NCBI GenBank assembly: GCA_902553145.1
Contig: CACDKD010000002.1
Span: forward strand, 160,990-224,989
Origin: an uncultured Gammaproteobacteria bacterium
Lineage (GTDB): Bacteria; Pseudomonadota; Gammaproteobacteria; Steroidobacterales; UBA11654
Direction: 5' to 3'
Length of the DNA stretch: 64,000 nt
Part shown: positions 47,451 to 57,442 of the stretch, piece after piece
Numbering within the stretch: the first letter of the stretch is position 1
How the letters are laid out: each line of letters opens with the position of its first letter
Notes under the pieces: model-generated
Database searches by the model: none
Seen by the model: only the letters and a program-made list of their open reading frames with translations
What the model was told of the DNA's origin: nothing
Made by a program: the position numbers and the translations under genes

Positions 47451-49754
47451 ATGACTAAAAGTGTAAAATATTTGCTTCTGATATTGGTTTTGGCTTTGAT
47501 TGGAATATCAGCTTTTATTCTCACGACGTCGCCTCATAGCTATAAAAAATTTACAACAGACTATTACGATACCAATCCACTAACCAATCAAGATCCAACA
47601 GACATCAAAAGACCGATTGATTTGATTGATGACGATTCAAAACAAATACTCTGGGGAGATACGCATGTTCACACGACTTATTCGATGGATGCGTTTTACA
47701 TCTCTTTACCTCTTATGCATGGATCAAGAGGTGCATTCCCGCCTGCGTTTGCTTGCGATTATGCCAGGTTTATTTCACAAATCGATTTTTACGTATTGAC
47801 GGATCATGCTGAATCGTACACGCCAAGAACATGGAATGATCAAGTCGAAAGCATCAGACAATGCAATGCAATTTCTGGCGAAGAAAATCCGGACTTGGTG
47901 GCATTCATAGGATGGGAATGGACACAAGCCGGAAATACACCCGATGATCATTATGGTCACCACAACGTATTCTTCAAAGATTACAAGGAAGGACAAATCC
48001 CTGACCGACCAATTGCTGCGGGCGGGGCTCTTGCATTGGTTCTCAGGCTTCAACTGGCCGATGTGAATCGTAACTTGTATCTCTTTGATCCTGTAAACAG
48101 TGATTATTATTTTTCATTTGCAGACTACCTCGACATGTTGCTTGAAACAGAATCGTGTCCAGAGGGATTGCCATCGAATTATTTGCCCAAAGATTGCTAT
48201 GAAACGGCTCAAACACCTGCGGATCTGTACAGCAAACTCGATGACTGGGGGTTTGAGACCGAGGTGATTCCTCATGGAACAACATGGGGTTTTTATACGC
48301 CACAAGCTGGGGATTGGAAAGAATACATGCGAGATGAGGACAACATTAGACCCGATTACAACAGTGTAATTGAAATCTACTCGGGTCATGGAAACTCAGA
48401 AGAATATTTTGATTTCAAAGTCGTCGATTTCGATGAAAACGGAGAGATGATTTGTCCAGAGCCTACAAAGGACTATCTGCCGACATGCTATCAAGCAGCG
48501 GTGATTAATAAGAACAGATGCTTAGAAGAAGGAAATTCTATAGAAGTTTGCGAGGAATTGGCCGAACAAACAAAAAAACAAGTGAATGACTTTCCAGGCG
48601 CTACAGGAGCGAGAGTCCTATTTGGTGTTGATGACAATGCATGGCTGGATGCTGGACAAGCCAGAGGAGCCTATCTTCCCGCATTTAATTACCGACCTAA
48701 GAAATCAGTTCAATACGGTCTAGCTTTAAGGAATGAAGAATTCGAAGACGGCAAAGAACGATTCAAATGGGGATTTATAGGATCCAGTGATACCCATACT
48801 TCAAGAGCAGGACATGGATTCAAACAATTGCTTCGAGTCGGTGGAACCGAAGCAAGAGGTGCTGTCAGCGAGAGATGGAGACACTTGCTCAATGACGTGA
48901 CAACTGAAAAAACAAAATCCGGGCTGAGAACAATAGAAGAACTGAATGAATTGACCGGTGCCTCTCCCATTGATGTGGAAAGAGCTGCAAGCTTCTGGTC
49001 GCTTGGTGGTCTCATGGCTGTGCATTCCTCTGGAAGAGATCGTGATTCAATCTGGCAAGCGATGAAACGAAAAGAAGTATATGCAACAACCGGGCATCGA
49101 ATCTTACTGCATTTTGATTTAGTGGATGAAGACTCAATCAAACCCATGGGAAGCATCATTGAAACTTCTTCAAATCCAATATTTCGTGTGAAAGCAATGG
49201 GCTCATTCATACAACTCCCTGGATGTCCAGACTATGTTCATGAGGCGCTTTCAGAAAAGAGGCTTCAAAAAATTGCCAATGGTGAGTGCTATCATCCTTC
49301 GGATGAGCGACATCGATTAGAGCGAATAGAGGTCATAAAAATCACACCGCAAAACAGCAAAGATGAAGACCCATCAACATTAATTTTTGATGCATGGAAA
49401 TCATTTGACTGTGGCCCGGAACAAATACAGTGCGAGGTTGAATTCACTGATGAAGATTTTTCAGCCAGCCAAAGAGACGTTGTTTATTATGTAAGGGTCA
49501 TTGAAGAGGACACGCTGCTGGTCAATGGAGGCAATATGAGAACTCAGTTTGATGCCGATGGTCATCCAATCTCTATTAACCCATGCAATGCCGATTATAG
49601 GGAAGATTATGAAGAAGAATGTTTAGGGCCCGGTGGTCATCGAGCTTGGTCTTCTCCAATATTTGTCGATTACAAAGAGCAAGTTATTAATGCTAACATT
49701 GAGAGTGATATTCAGGCCACAATAGAAATAAATGAGCAATCTGCAATTAACTAA
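47451..49754 (+). CDS. DUF3604 domain protein (PHP-like metal-dependent hydrolase fold), exported or membrane-anchored
   Basis: The ATG at 47451 is preceded by AAGGGGG. N-terminal anchor MTKSVKYLLLILVLALIGISAF. ILWGDTHVHTTYSMDAF is the DUF3604/PHP His motif. Many Cys residues are present. The track ORF start 47385 overlaps hupE. Confidence 0.7.
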   Translation: MTKSVKYLLLILVLALIGISAFILTTSPHSYKKFTTDYYDTNPLTNQDPTDIKRPIDLIDDDSKQILWGDTHVHTTYSMDAFYISLPLMHGSRGAFPPAFACDYARFISQIDFYVLTDHAESYTPRTWNDQVESIRQCNAISGEENPDLVAFIGWEWTQAGNTPDDHYGHHNVFFKDYKEGQIPDRPIAAGGALALVLRLQLADVNRNLYLFDPVNSDYYFSFADYLDMLLETESCPEGLPSNYLPKDCYETAQTPADLYSKLDDWGFETEVIPHGTTWGFYTPQAGDWKEYMRDEDNIRPDYNSVIEIYSGHGNSEEYFDFKVVDFDENGEMICPEPTKDYLPTCYQAAVINKNRCLEEGNSIEVCEELAEQTKKQVNDFPGATGARVLFGVDDNAWLDAGQARGAYLPAFNYRPKKSVQYGLALRNEEFEDGKERFKWGFIGSSDTHTSRAGHGFKQLLRVGGTEARGAVSERWRHLLNDVTTEKTKSGLRTIEELNELTGASPIDVERAASFWSLGGLMAVHSSGRDRDSIWQAMKRKEVYATTGHRILLHFDLVDEDSIKPMGSIIETSSNPIFRVKAMGSFIQLPGCPDYVHEALSEKRLQKIANGECYHPSDERHRLERIEVIKITPQNSKDEDPSTLIFDAWKSFDCGPEQIQCEVEFTDEDFSASQRDVVYYVRVIEEDTLLVNGGNMRTQFDADGHPISINPCNADYREDYEEECLGPGGHRAWSSPIFVDYKEQVINANIESDIQATIEINEQSAIN

Positions 49755-51255
49755 ACGTGATTTTTTAAAGTATGGCACCAGCTTAATAACCGCTGCTGCC
49801 CTCCCTTATACTTATCAAGTGGCTCTTGCAAAAGAGCAATGGGACACAATCATCATCGGAGCTGGAACCGCTGGAATACCGGCAGCGATATTTGCTGCAG
49901 AAAGAGGTCTGAAGGTGCTGGTGATTGAGAAGGCATCTGTGATTGGAGGTACGCTTTTTGTCTCAACCGGTCAAATAAGCGGGGCCGGCACAGTCTTTCA
50001 AGAAAGAAAGGGCATAAAAGATTCTCCCGATCAACATTTCGATGACATCATGAGAATTAACAACAATACTTCTGATCCAACACTCACAAGAATACTGACC
50101 GATCATGCCGGTCCGACAATTAATTGGCTGGCAGCCAATGGCTACACAATTTTTGATAATCATCCAGTTAAAAAGATGGCTCACGATGCATTCTCAGTGG
50201 CCAGATATCAACAAGGGCCAAAAGGGGCGACATCACCTTGGGGTGGCGGCCTCGCAATTCTCAATGCAATGAAACCTTTGTTTGATAAAGAAGTCAGTAA
50301 AGGTTCAATTACCATTCTCCTAGAAACGAGTGCGGTTGATCTAATCCAAGAAAGAAATGGCGAGATCAATGGAGTTATTGCACAAAATAAGGAAGGTAAA
50401 AGCATTGAGTATAAAGGTCGCAGTGTCATTCTTGCATCGGGTGGATGTGCGTCAAACCCAAGAATGTATGAAGAGCTTCATGGAATTCCGCTTTATTGTC
50501 AAATGGCCTATCCTCAAAGCCAGGGTGCTGGCCTGATTCTTGGGCAAGCCGTTGGTGGATATTTGAGAGGCGGAGAAAAATACTCACCCCTCTACGGCAT
50601 GATCTTGTCAGATGATAAAGTGCCATCGACTCCTTACGGTGTTGCCATCAATGCGATGGAGCGACAACCTTGGGAAATTGTGGTCAATTCAGATGGCAAA
50701 AGATTTGTTCAAGAAGATCATGAAAGTGTCGATCATATTGAACACCAAATTGGGAAGCAGTCCGCTCATCGCCATTGGACAATAATGGACCAAAGGATGC
50801 TGAATGAAATGCCGCCCATGATCTACGATTGGTCCAATGAGAGAATTGCAAAAGAAGCCGACAATCATGTCATGTTTAAAAGTGGATCTAGTATTAGAGA
50901 ATTGGCCATCAAAACAGGACTTCATCCGGTGAATCTTGAAAACACAGTAAATGACTTTAATAACAACATCAAAAACAATCAATCAGATTCATTTGGGAGA
51001 TTGCATCGACCATTGGCCATTGAGCAAGGACCGTACTATTCCGTTCGAATGAGTGGCTGGTCCCTGTGTTCATTTGCAGGTTTAGGTGTCAACGAAAATT
51101 TTGAAGTTATCAGACCCTCTGGCGAACCCATTAAAAACCTTTATGCCATAGGCGAAGTCATTGGATTTGGAGCGACCTCAGGAAATGCTTATGTCAATGG
51201 AATGGGCGTCACGCCGGCACTCACATATGGAAGGCTTCTCGGTCAGAGAATCTAA
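49732..51255 (+). CDS. FAD-dependent oxidoreductase (FAD_binding_2, fumarate reductase/KstD-like) with a Tat-like signal peptide
   Basis: 507 aa. N-terminus MSNLQLTKRDFLKYGTSLITAAALPYTYQVALA. Dinucleotide fold IIIGAGTAGIPAAIFAAERGLKVLVIEK. C-terminal NLYAIGEV motif. Confidence 0.8.
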   Translation: MSNLQLTKRDFLKYGTSLITAAALPYTYQVALAKEQWDTIIIGAGTAGIPAAIFAAERGLKVLVIEKASVIGGTLFVSTGQISGAGTVFQERKGIKDSPDQHFDDIMRINNNTSDPTLTRILTDHAGPTINWLAANGYTIFDNHPVKKMAHDAFSVARYQQGPKGATSPWGGGLAILNAMKPLFDKEVSKGSITILLETSAVDLIQERNGEINGVIAQNKEGKSIEYKGRSVILASGGCASNPRMYEELHGIPLYCQMAYPQSQGAGLILGQAVGGYLRGGEKYSPLYGMILSDDKVPSTPYGVAINAMERQPWEIVVNSDGKRFVQEDHESVDHIEHQIGKQSAHRHWTIMDQRMLNEMPPMIYDWSNERIAKEADNHVMFKSGSSIRELAIKTGLHPVNLENTVNDFNNNIKNNQSDSFGRLHRPLAIEQGPYYSVRMSGWSLCSFAGLGVNENFEVIRPSGEPIKNLYAIGEVIGFGATSGNAYVNGMGVTPALTYGRLLGQRI

Positions 51256-51752
51256 GCTTTTTCAGCCGAACTGATAAAATATTCTTTCGTAGCCCAAGCA
51301 CTATAGAATAGAAGTGAAAAGAACACGGTGCTCATCATAAGCCGTAAATCAAAAGGAATGGCTAAAAGATAGGTTTGCGCAAGGGAGCTTCCATCATGTC
51401 CATTTAGATATACACCAAAATTAACCACAATGTGCCAAATCAAAACACTGCCGACAGAGTACTTCATTAAAGACAGCAGTGACCCCGTTGACTGATATCT
51501 GGAAATCAAAGCGATGAATATCAAAGTGGCGTATACAAAAAACATTGTTTGACCATAGAACCCTAAGAAAATATCAGTGATTAAAAGAACGCTTACGGGC
51601 ATTAAAATCTGAATTGATTTATTTCTAGTCACATATGGCATAAAGAGCGCCAAAGCCAAAACAGGAGTCCAATTGGCCGGTAATAAAAATCTTGCGGCAA
51701 TAACACATGCCAAAACAAATATAAGAGGTTTAAGTACCTGATAATTTTTCAT
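51252..51752 (-). CDS. polytopic membrane protein, unknown function (possibly DUF6580-like)
   Basis: 166 aa with about 5 TM segments. The N-terminus NWTPVLALALF resembles the NFSP.GA.ALF motif of DUF6580. This is a weak call. Confidence 0.45.
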   Translation of the reverse strand: MKNYQVLKPLIFVLACVIAARFLLPANWTPVLALALFMPYVTRNKSIQILMPVSVLLITDIFLGFYGQTMFFVYATLIFIALISRYQSTGSLLSLMKYSVGSVLIWHIVVNFGVYLNGHDGSSLAQTYLLAIPFDLRLMMSTVFFSLLFYSAWATKEYFISSAEKA

Positions 51753-51813
51753 AAATATGTTCCTGTCTAGGTAGATGAAATTATAACAAAGCCTTTAAAA
51801 AATGGTTCATATT

Positions 51814-52317
51814 TTATTCCGAATAGACCAATTTAAAATGCTCAACAATGATGGGCATGTCATCAGTGCATGCACGACCATATGGTTCTAGAACATTGTT
51901 CCAATAGTCTCTATGAAGAGGGATCCATATTTCAGGGTCTCTGACTGGCGGTCCATCGATTTTTGTAACTTCATAATCTACTTCACCAAACGTTGTCTTC
52001 TCAATTTTTGTAATTTGAACCACAATCTCGGGCTTTCCGTCGTATGAGAGAAGTATTATGGGTTGTCCGGTTTGGCTATCAGGTATATTTTCACTCTCCA
52101 TTAACCATGGCAATGAGAAGGTACCTACCTTTTCTCCCTCTTTGATGAAATCAATGATTAGGCCAGTTGTTTCTTCATCGATACCAATGGAACGCATCTG
52201 GTGATCAACTGCGAGCTCAGGTTTTGATTCGATAACTCGATTCCAATAATCATCAATTGGTTTTGTATCAGGATTCTTTAGTGCTCCTCCTCCGAGGATG
52301 GCATTGATTCTTTTCAT
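51814..52317 (-). CDS. ASCH domain protein
   Basis: 167 aa. The pattern GIDEETTGLIIDFIKEGEKVGTFSL ... VQITKIEKTTFGEVDYE ... YW resembles ASCH/YqfB-like proteins. Confidence 0.55.
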   Translation of the reverse strand: MKRINAILGGGALKNPDTKPIDDYWNRVIESKPELAVDHQMRSIGIDEETTGLIIDFIKEGEKVGTFSLPWLMESENIPDSQTGQPIILLSYDGKPEIVVQITKIEKTTFGEVDYEVTKIDGPPVRDPEIWIPLHRDYWNNVLEPYGRACTDDMPIIVEHFKLVYSE

Positions 52318-52400
52318 AATTTTTAAAATGAATTTCTATTGCATGTTAGAATTTTTACATATTGAGAGAAACCAATTCAACGATAATTTACCTTTAACGT

Positions 52401-54695
52401 ATGAAATTTAGATTAGCAATTGGAAGTTTATTGATACTGATGACGATGTCATCAAATATCAATGCACAAATTGATGCCAATCAGGCCATATCCGAATTGT
52501 CAATTCTGCAAGAGTCTCTGAATCAATCCGAGATCAATGAGCGAACAATAAAGGATACCAGAGAGAAAGCAGTTGAAATCAGAACAGATGCACTGATTTG
52601 CGTTGATCAAATTGAACCGCAAGTGGAAACTCTCAAACTTGAAGTTGAAGCACTTGAACAAATCAGTCCAGATGTCGATATACAGATTTATGAAAGGCTA
52701 TCAGAAGCAAGAAGTCGACTGACAGCTGAAGATGCCAAATTAAAAAACTGCTCTTTAACGGTTGTTCGCTCAACAAGAATCATTGATCTATCAAATAGAT
52801 TGCTCAATGAGATAACGACTGAGCTTCTCAGCGAGAAAAATGAGGATATTTTTGATGCCATCGCTACTTTGCCTGCTCAGCTGAAACAACTTCCAGATCT
52901 AATCTTTAATGACAAAGCCATTCAGAGAATCACAAATGAAACCCTTTTTCTCCTTATTTTGTTTTTAATTCTTGGTTTTAGTTTTGGTTATTTCTTTGGG
53001 GATCAAATCAAAAAAATTCAGTACTCAGATCCATTCAAATCAATCGATCGTTCAATCATCTTAAAGTTAAGAGCTTTATTTAAACCGTTTGGAAGAGTGC
53101 AATCCCCTATCCTCTTTGGTTCGCTTGGAATATCAGGAGCCATTGCTCTATCATTATCGATATCGCCCTCTGATTCATGGATCATTCGCTTGGGGCTAAG
53201 TCCCTTTTTAGCTGCAGTCCTCTACCTTCTAATCAATTGGATTACAGGACCCTTCTCACCAGCAAACATAGATGAGAACTCCATTTCAGATGCGGCTAGG
53301 AATTTAAAACAGAAACTCAACTTTTTTACACTCATTGTGGTTATTACTTATATTATTTTTGGCCCCGATTGGCTCTCAAGTGAGCTGGCAAATGACCAGT
53401 CGCTTATTCGAATCGCGCTCGTCTCATTAATGATCTTTGCTTTGATACCTGTGATGAATAGTTCAACAAGCTTGTTTATGGAAGAAGGTCAGTATGGAGT
53501 CATTAGGTTTATAGGATATTCTGCTTTAGCACTTAGTTTCATTTCTGAGTTGTCTGGTTTTCACAATCTTTCTAGTTTTATATTAAATGGTTTCATTTTG
53601 ACCCTTTTCTCAACATACCTGCTCTGGTCCCTTTTGGCGATGACAGAAAATTCTGTTGCCTGGATCAATGAGTCAACAAATCTTATAGGAATCAGAATCA
53701 GATCTGCATTGGATCTAACGAGAGATTCGGGTAAATCTAAATTGGCAATCTATCAACTCTTTTTTGATGCTTCCTTCTGGATAATATATCTGTCTGTCTT
53801 GATAAGGGTTTGGGACCCAACAGGGACTCTTGTGGAAACACTCTCATCGTACGCAACTGATGGCATTCCAATGGGTGATATCCGAGTTATTCCGACAAAT
53901 ATACTAGCTGGAATTATTGCATTTGCAGTGCTCACCGGCATTACGGGTTGGGTGAAAAGATGGATTGATAAAAGATGGTTGAGACAAATCACACCTGATA
54001 GAGGCGCGAGGGATGCACTTGTGACTGTGGTTGGCTATACCGGATTTACGATCTCGTTGTTGGTTGGCCTATCCATCAGTGGCGTAAACATCACAGGCAT
54101 CGCAGTTGTTGCCGGTGCCTTGTCAGTTGGTATTGGTTTTGGCTTGCAAGCAATTGCCAATAATTTTGTTTCTGGAATTATTCTTCTTTTTGAAAGGCCA
54201 ATTAAATCAGGTGACTTTGTAACCGTTGGCGATGTTGAAGGCTTTGTTAGAAAAATAAGCATCAGAGCTACAGAAATCGAAACTCTTGATAATCAGGATA
54301 TGCTTATCCCTAACTCTGAACTTGTTTCAGGAAGAGTCACAAATTGGGTACTTCATAACCCATATGGAAGACTGATCGTAAAAATTGGTGTGGCTTATGG
54401 GAGTGAAATTGAAAAAGTATCAAAAATTTTAGAAGAAACAGCAAATGAACACGATCAGGTTATCAGCGATGGAAGGGCATCGCCTCCAAAAGCCTTATTT
54501 ATGGGTTTTGGCGACAGTTCGCTTGATTTCGAATTAAGAGTAAGAATAGTAGATATCAAGAAACGATATGACGTATTAAGTGACCTTAATTTTGCCATTA
54601 ATCAGAAATTTGCTTCAGAAGGTATTGTCATTCCATTTCCTCAAAGAGATCTTCATATTAAAGATTGGTCAGAGGACAGTAAGAAGAAGAAATAA
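52401..54695 (+). CDS. mechanosensitive ion channel, MscK/MscM-like (MscS family)
   Basis: 764 aa. Signal peptide, periplasmic coiled-coil, multiple TM segments, then the MscS core GALSVGIGFGLQAIANNFVSGIILLFERPIKSGDFV.VGD.EG.V..I.IRAT. Confidence 0.88.
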   Translation: MKFRLAIGSLLILMTMSSNINAQIDANQAISELSILQESLNQSEINERTIKDTREKAVEIRTDALICVDQIEPQVETLKLEVEALEQISPDVDIQIYERLSEARSRLTAEDAKLKNCSLTVVRSTRIIDLSNRLLNEITTELLSEKNEDIFDAIATLPAQLKQLPDLIFNDKAIQRITNETLFLLILFLILGFSFGYFFGDQIKKIQYSDPFKSIDRSIILKLRALFKPFGRVQSPILFGSLGISGAIALSLSISPSDSWIIRLGLSPFLAAVLYLLINWITGPFSPANIDENSISDAARNLKQKLNFFTLIVVITYIIFGPDWLSSELANDQSLIRIALVSLMIFALIPVMNSSTSLFMEEGQYGVIRFIGYSALALSFISELSGFHNLSSFILNGFILTLFSTYLLWSLLAMTENSVAWINESTNLIGIRIRSALDLTRDSGKSKLAIYQLFFDASFWIIYLSVLIRVWDPTGTLVETLSSYATDGIPMGDIRVIPTNILAGIIAFAVLTGITGWVKRWIDKRWLRQITPDRGARDALVTVVGYTGFTISLLVGLSISGVNITGIAVVAGALSVGIGFGLQAIANNFVSGIILLFERPIKSGDFVTVGDVEGFVRKISIRATEIETLDNQDMLIPNSELVSGRVTNWVLHNPYGRLIVKIGVAYGSEIEKVSKILEETANEHDQVISDGRASPPKALFMGFGDSSLDFELRVRIVDIKKRYDVLSDLNFAINQKFASEGIVIPFPQRDLHIKDWSEDSKKKK

Positions 54696-54717
54696 AACGC
54701 TTTTATAAGACATAAAT

Positions 54718-55767
54718 ATGAGTATTCGAGACACATACTTGTCTAATGAAGATATTGAGCCTGATCAAAATCAAACCAATATCGTTAATCGCTTTGAAGA
54801 ATTGCAAAAAGAGATTATTGGTGAAAAAAAAATCTCAGGAATGATTCTCTCTTTATTTCAAAATGACCAACACAGGTCAAATGGCATCTATTTATGGGGC
54901 GATGTTGGCAGAGGAAAAACATTTTTGATGGATCTTTTCTTTGAAAGTCTGTCCATCAAAGAAAAGGATAGAAAACATTTTCATCGATTAATGGAAGAAA
55001 TACACAATGGAATCGATGAATTCAAAGATCATCCTGACCCAATTAATGAAGTAGCAAACTCAATCGCCAGTAAAAAAGAAGTGCTATGCATTGATGAATT
55101 TTACGTAGAGGATATTGCCGATGCGACAATTATGGCAAGACTGATCAAATCACTCTTAAATCAAAGAATAAGGCTGATAATTACTTCCAATTGCAAGCCA
55201 GACGATTTATACAAAAACGGTCTACAAAGAGATCTTTTCATTCCAGCCATAAAACAAATCAAGCAAAGCCTTGAGATTACACATATTGGTGATGGTAGGG
55301 ACTATAGACACTTTATTAAAGGGAAAGGCATTGATCGTATCTCAATACACAGTGAAAATAGCATGGTGAGTCTTGCAAGACACCTCGGATGTGACATCGA
55401 TGATATTAAAAATAAGAAATCCATCTTAGTTGTGAGGGGCAGAGAGATCGAATGCATTGCAAAAAACGATCGATTGGCTTGGTTTGATTTTGATGCAATA
55501 TGTGGGCATAAGAGAAGCGTGAAAGACTACATTGATATTGCCGATGAATTTAAGACTGTCGTGATAACAAATGTGCCCTTATTCAATGAGGAATGCGAGA
55601 ACGAAGCAAGAAGATTCATTGCCCTGATTGATGAATTATACGATCAAAATATTGATCTTTATATGACGGCATCAAGACAGTGTGAAGATCTTTATCATGG
55701 AAAAAAACTGAAAGATGAATTTAGAAGAACGACGAGTCGCTTGGTGAAAATGAGCAGAAACGATTAG
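54718..55767 (+). CDS. zapE: cell division protein ZapE (AFG1-like ATPase)
   Basis: 349 aa. YLWGDVGRGKTFLMDLFF (Walker A), VLCIDEF.V.DI.DA (Walker B), and TSN..PD.LY. Confidence 0.88.
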   Translation: MSIRDTYLSNEDIEPDQNQTNIVNRFEELQKEIIGEKKISGMILSLFQNDQHRSNGIYLWGDVGRGKTFLMDLFFESLSIKEKDRKHFHRLMEEIHNGIDEFKDHPDPINEVANSIASKKEVLCIDEFYVEDIADATIMARLIKSLLNQRIRLIITSNCKPDDLYKNGLQRDLFIPAIKQIKQSLEITHIGDGRDYRHFIKGKGIDRISIHSENSMVSLARHLGCDIDDIKNKKSILVVRGREIECIAKNDRLAWFDFDAICGHKRSVKDYIDIADEFKTVVITNVPLFNEECENEARRFIALIDELYDQNIDLYMTASRQCEDLYHGKKLKDEFRRTTSRLVKMSRND

Positions 55768-57035
55768 ATTCTTTCTCTATTTTGCATATACGGTCTTAGA
55801 ACATCAGGAATGGTGACGGAGCCATCCTCATTTTGATAATTCTCTAGAACAGCAATAAGGGTTCTTCCAATAGCCAACCCTGAACCATTGAGGGTATGAG
55901 GGTAATCGGTTTGCTTGGATTTAGAATTTTTATACCTAGCTTTCATTCGCCTTGATTGAAACGACTCGCAATTGCTACAAGATGATATCTCTCTATAAGT
56001 CTCCTGTGAGGGGAGCCATACTTCTAGATCATAAGTTTTTGCGGCTGAGAAGCCTGTATCTCCGGAGCAGAGAAGCATCAATCTATATGGCAGTTTAAGT
56101 TTCTGCAGAATGGATTCTGCATTTTTTGTAAGTTCCTCAAGAGCTTCGTAAGATTCATCCGGCTTGACGATATGAACAAGCTCTACTTTTTCAAATTGAT
56201 GTTGCCTAATCATTCCCTTGGTATCTTTTCCATAAGAACCGGCTTCTTGCCTGAAACATGGTGTATGTGCGGTCATCTTGATTGGCAATTCATTCTCTTC
56301 AAGAATGCTTTCTCTGATTAAATTTGTAAGAGGAACTTCAGCTGTTGGAATTAGATACAAACCCTCCTCATTTTCAATCTTATATTGATCCTCTGCAAAC
56401 TTTGGTAACTGGCCAGTGCCCTCCAAGCAATCTGATCTGACGATATTTGGGACATACATTTCAGTATAGCCGTTCTCTTCAGTTTGAACATCGAGCATAA
56501 ATTGCTTCAAAGCCCTATGAAGTCTTGCATACCCATCCTTCATAACAACGAATCTTGAACCCGATAATTTCGCGGCAGATTCAAAATCAATACCGCCGTT
56601 ACTTTCACCCAGTTCGGAATGATCTTTTGGCTCAAAATCAAATTTTGGTAATTTACCCCATGACCTTACTTCGATATTCTCTTCTTCACTGGAACCTTCA
56701 GGCACAGATTCATCAAGAATATTAGGAATCTCTAAGCCCATCTTTTTGGTTTGCTCGGAGAGTTCGTTGAGTGATTGCTCTGATTCTTTTAGTTTTTTAT
56801 TGATAGTTCCAACCTCAGAAATTAGGTCAGACTTGTCATTTTCTGAAATTTCAGGACTGGCAATACTTTTATTGATGTTATTTTTTGACGACCTAAGCTC
56901 CTCAACCATTGAGATTAGATCTCTCATTTTCTGATCCATTTTTAAATAAGAATCAAGATCAAAATCAGAACCTCTTTTTTTCAGTGAGAGACTAACTTTT
57001 TTGGTTTCCTTTCTAAGTGTTTTTGAATCTAACAT
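55764..57035 (-). CDS. serS: seryl-tRNA synthetase
   Basis: 423 aa. N-terminal coiled-coil arm and class II motifs (FRQEAGS.G.DT.G.IR.HQF.KVE, GSGLA.GRT..A.LEN.Q). Confidence 0.97.
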   Translation of the reverse strand: MLDSKTLRKETKKVSLSLKKRGSDFDLDSYLKMDQKMRDLISMVEELRSSKNNINKSIASPEISENDKSDLISEVGTINKKLKESEQSLNELSEQTKKMGLEIPNILDESVPEGSSEEENIEVRSWGKLPKFDFEPKDHSELGESNGGIDFESAAKLSGSRFVVMKDGYARLHRALKQFMLDVQTEENGYTEMYVPNIVRSDCLEGTGQLPKFAEDQYKIENEEGLYLIPTAEVPLTNLIRESILEENELPIKMTAHTPCFRQEAGSYGKDTKGMIRQHQFEKVELVHIVKPDESYEALEELTKNAESILQKLKLPYRLMLLCSGDTGFSAAKTYDLEVWLPSQETYREISSCSNCESFQSRRMKARYKNSKSKQTDYPHTLNGSGLAIGRTLIAVLENYQNEDGSVTIPDVLRPYMQNRERI

Positions 57036-57442
57036 GCTTTGGTACTTTTTATCTTGTTAAGTATATCTTTTTTAAATACATGAATAAAACTTAAGAAAAT
57101 ACCAACTACGTCTGCAAACAAATCCAGCCATTCGAACGTCCGATAGGCAACGGTCATTTGCAATAACTCTAAACTAAACGCATATACAGTCATAAAAATA
57201 ATAATCACTAATGCTTGATCAGGCCTCACTATCAAGAAGAACCATAGCGATGACAGGTAGAAGAATGCGATATGGGCCAATTTATCAATGGAAAATGATG
57301 TATCTATATCAACATCAGGAACTTGCATTAAATGCAAATATAGACCCATTGTGACAATGAAGAATGAAACAACTATCTTGAAAACAATTCCAAATCTAGA
57401 TATCCCTGGCATGGAAAAATCTAATTTACTTTTTGGACTCAC
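57029..57442 (-). CDS. VanZ-like membrane protein
   Basis: 137 aa with 4 TM segments. DKLAHI..F and E.LQ......R.F...D..AD..G are VanZ hallmarks. It occupies the slot where rarA lies in E. coli. Confidence 0.6.
   Translation of the reverse strand: MSPKSKLDFSMPGISRFGIVFKIVVSFFIVTMGLYLHLMQVPDVDIDTSFSIDKLAHIAFFYLSSLWFFLIVRPDQALVIIIFMTVYAFSLELLQMTVAYRTFEWLDLFADVVGIFLSFIHVFKKDILNKIKSTKAC

Noticed and set aside
48710-49210. 166-aa minus-strand ORF (plus several 74-92-aa ones) inside DUF3604
   Set aside because: It is antisense to a long ORF with clear family motifs. These are best explained by locally lower AT content reducing off-frame stops, and they are used only as a compositional hint.
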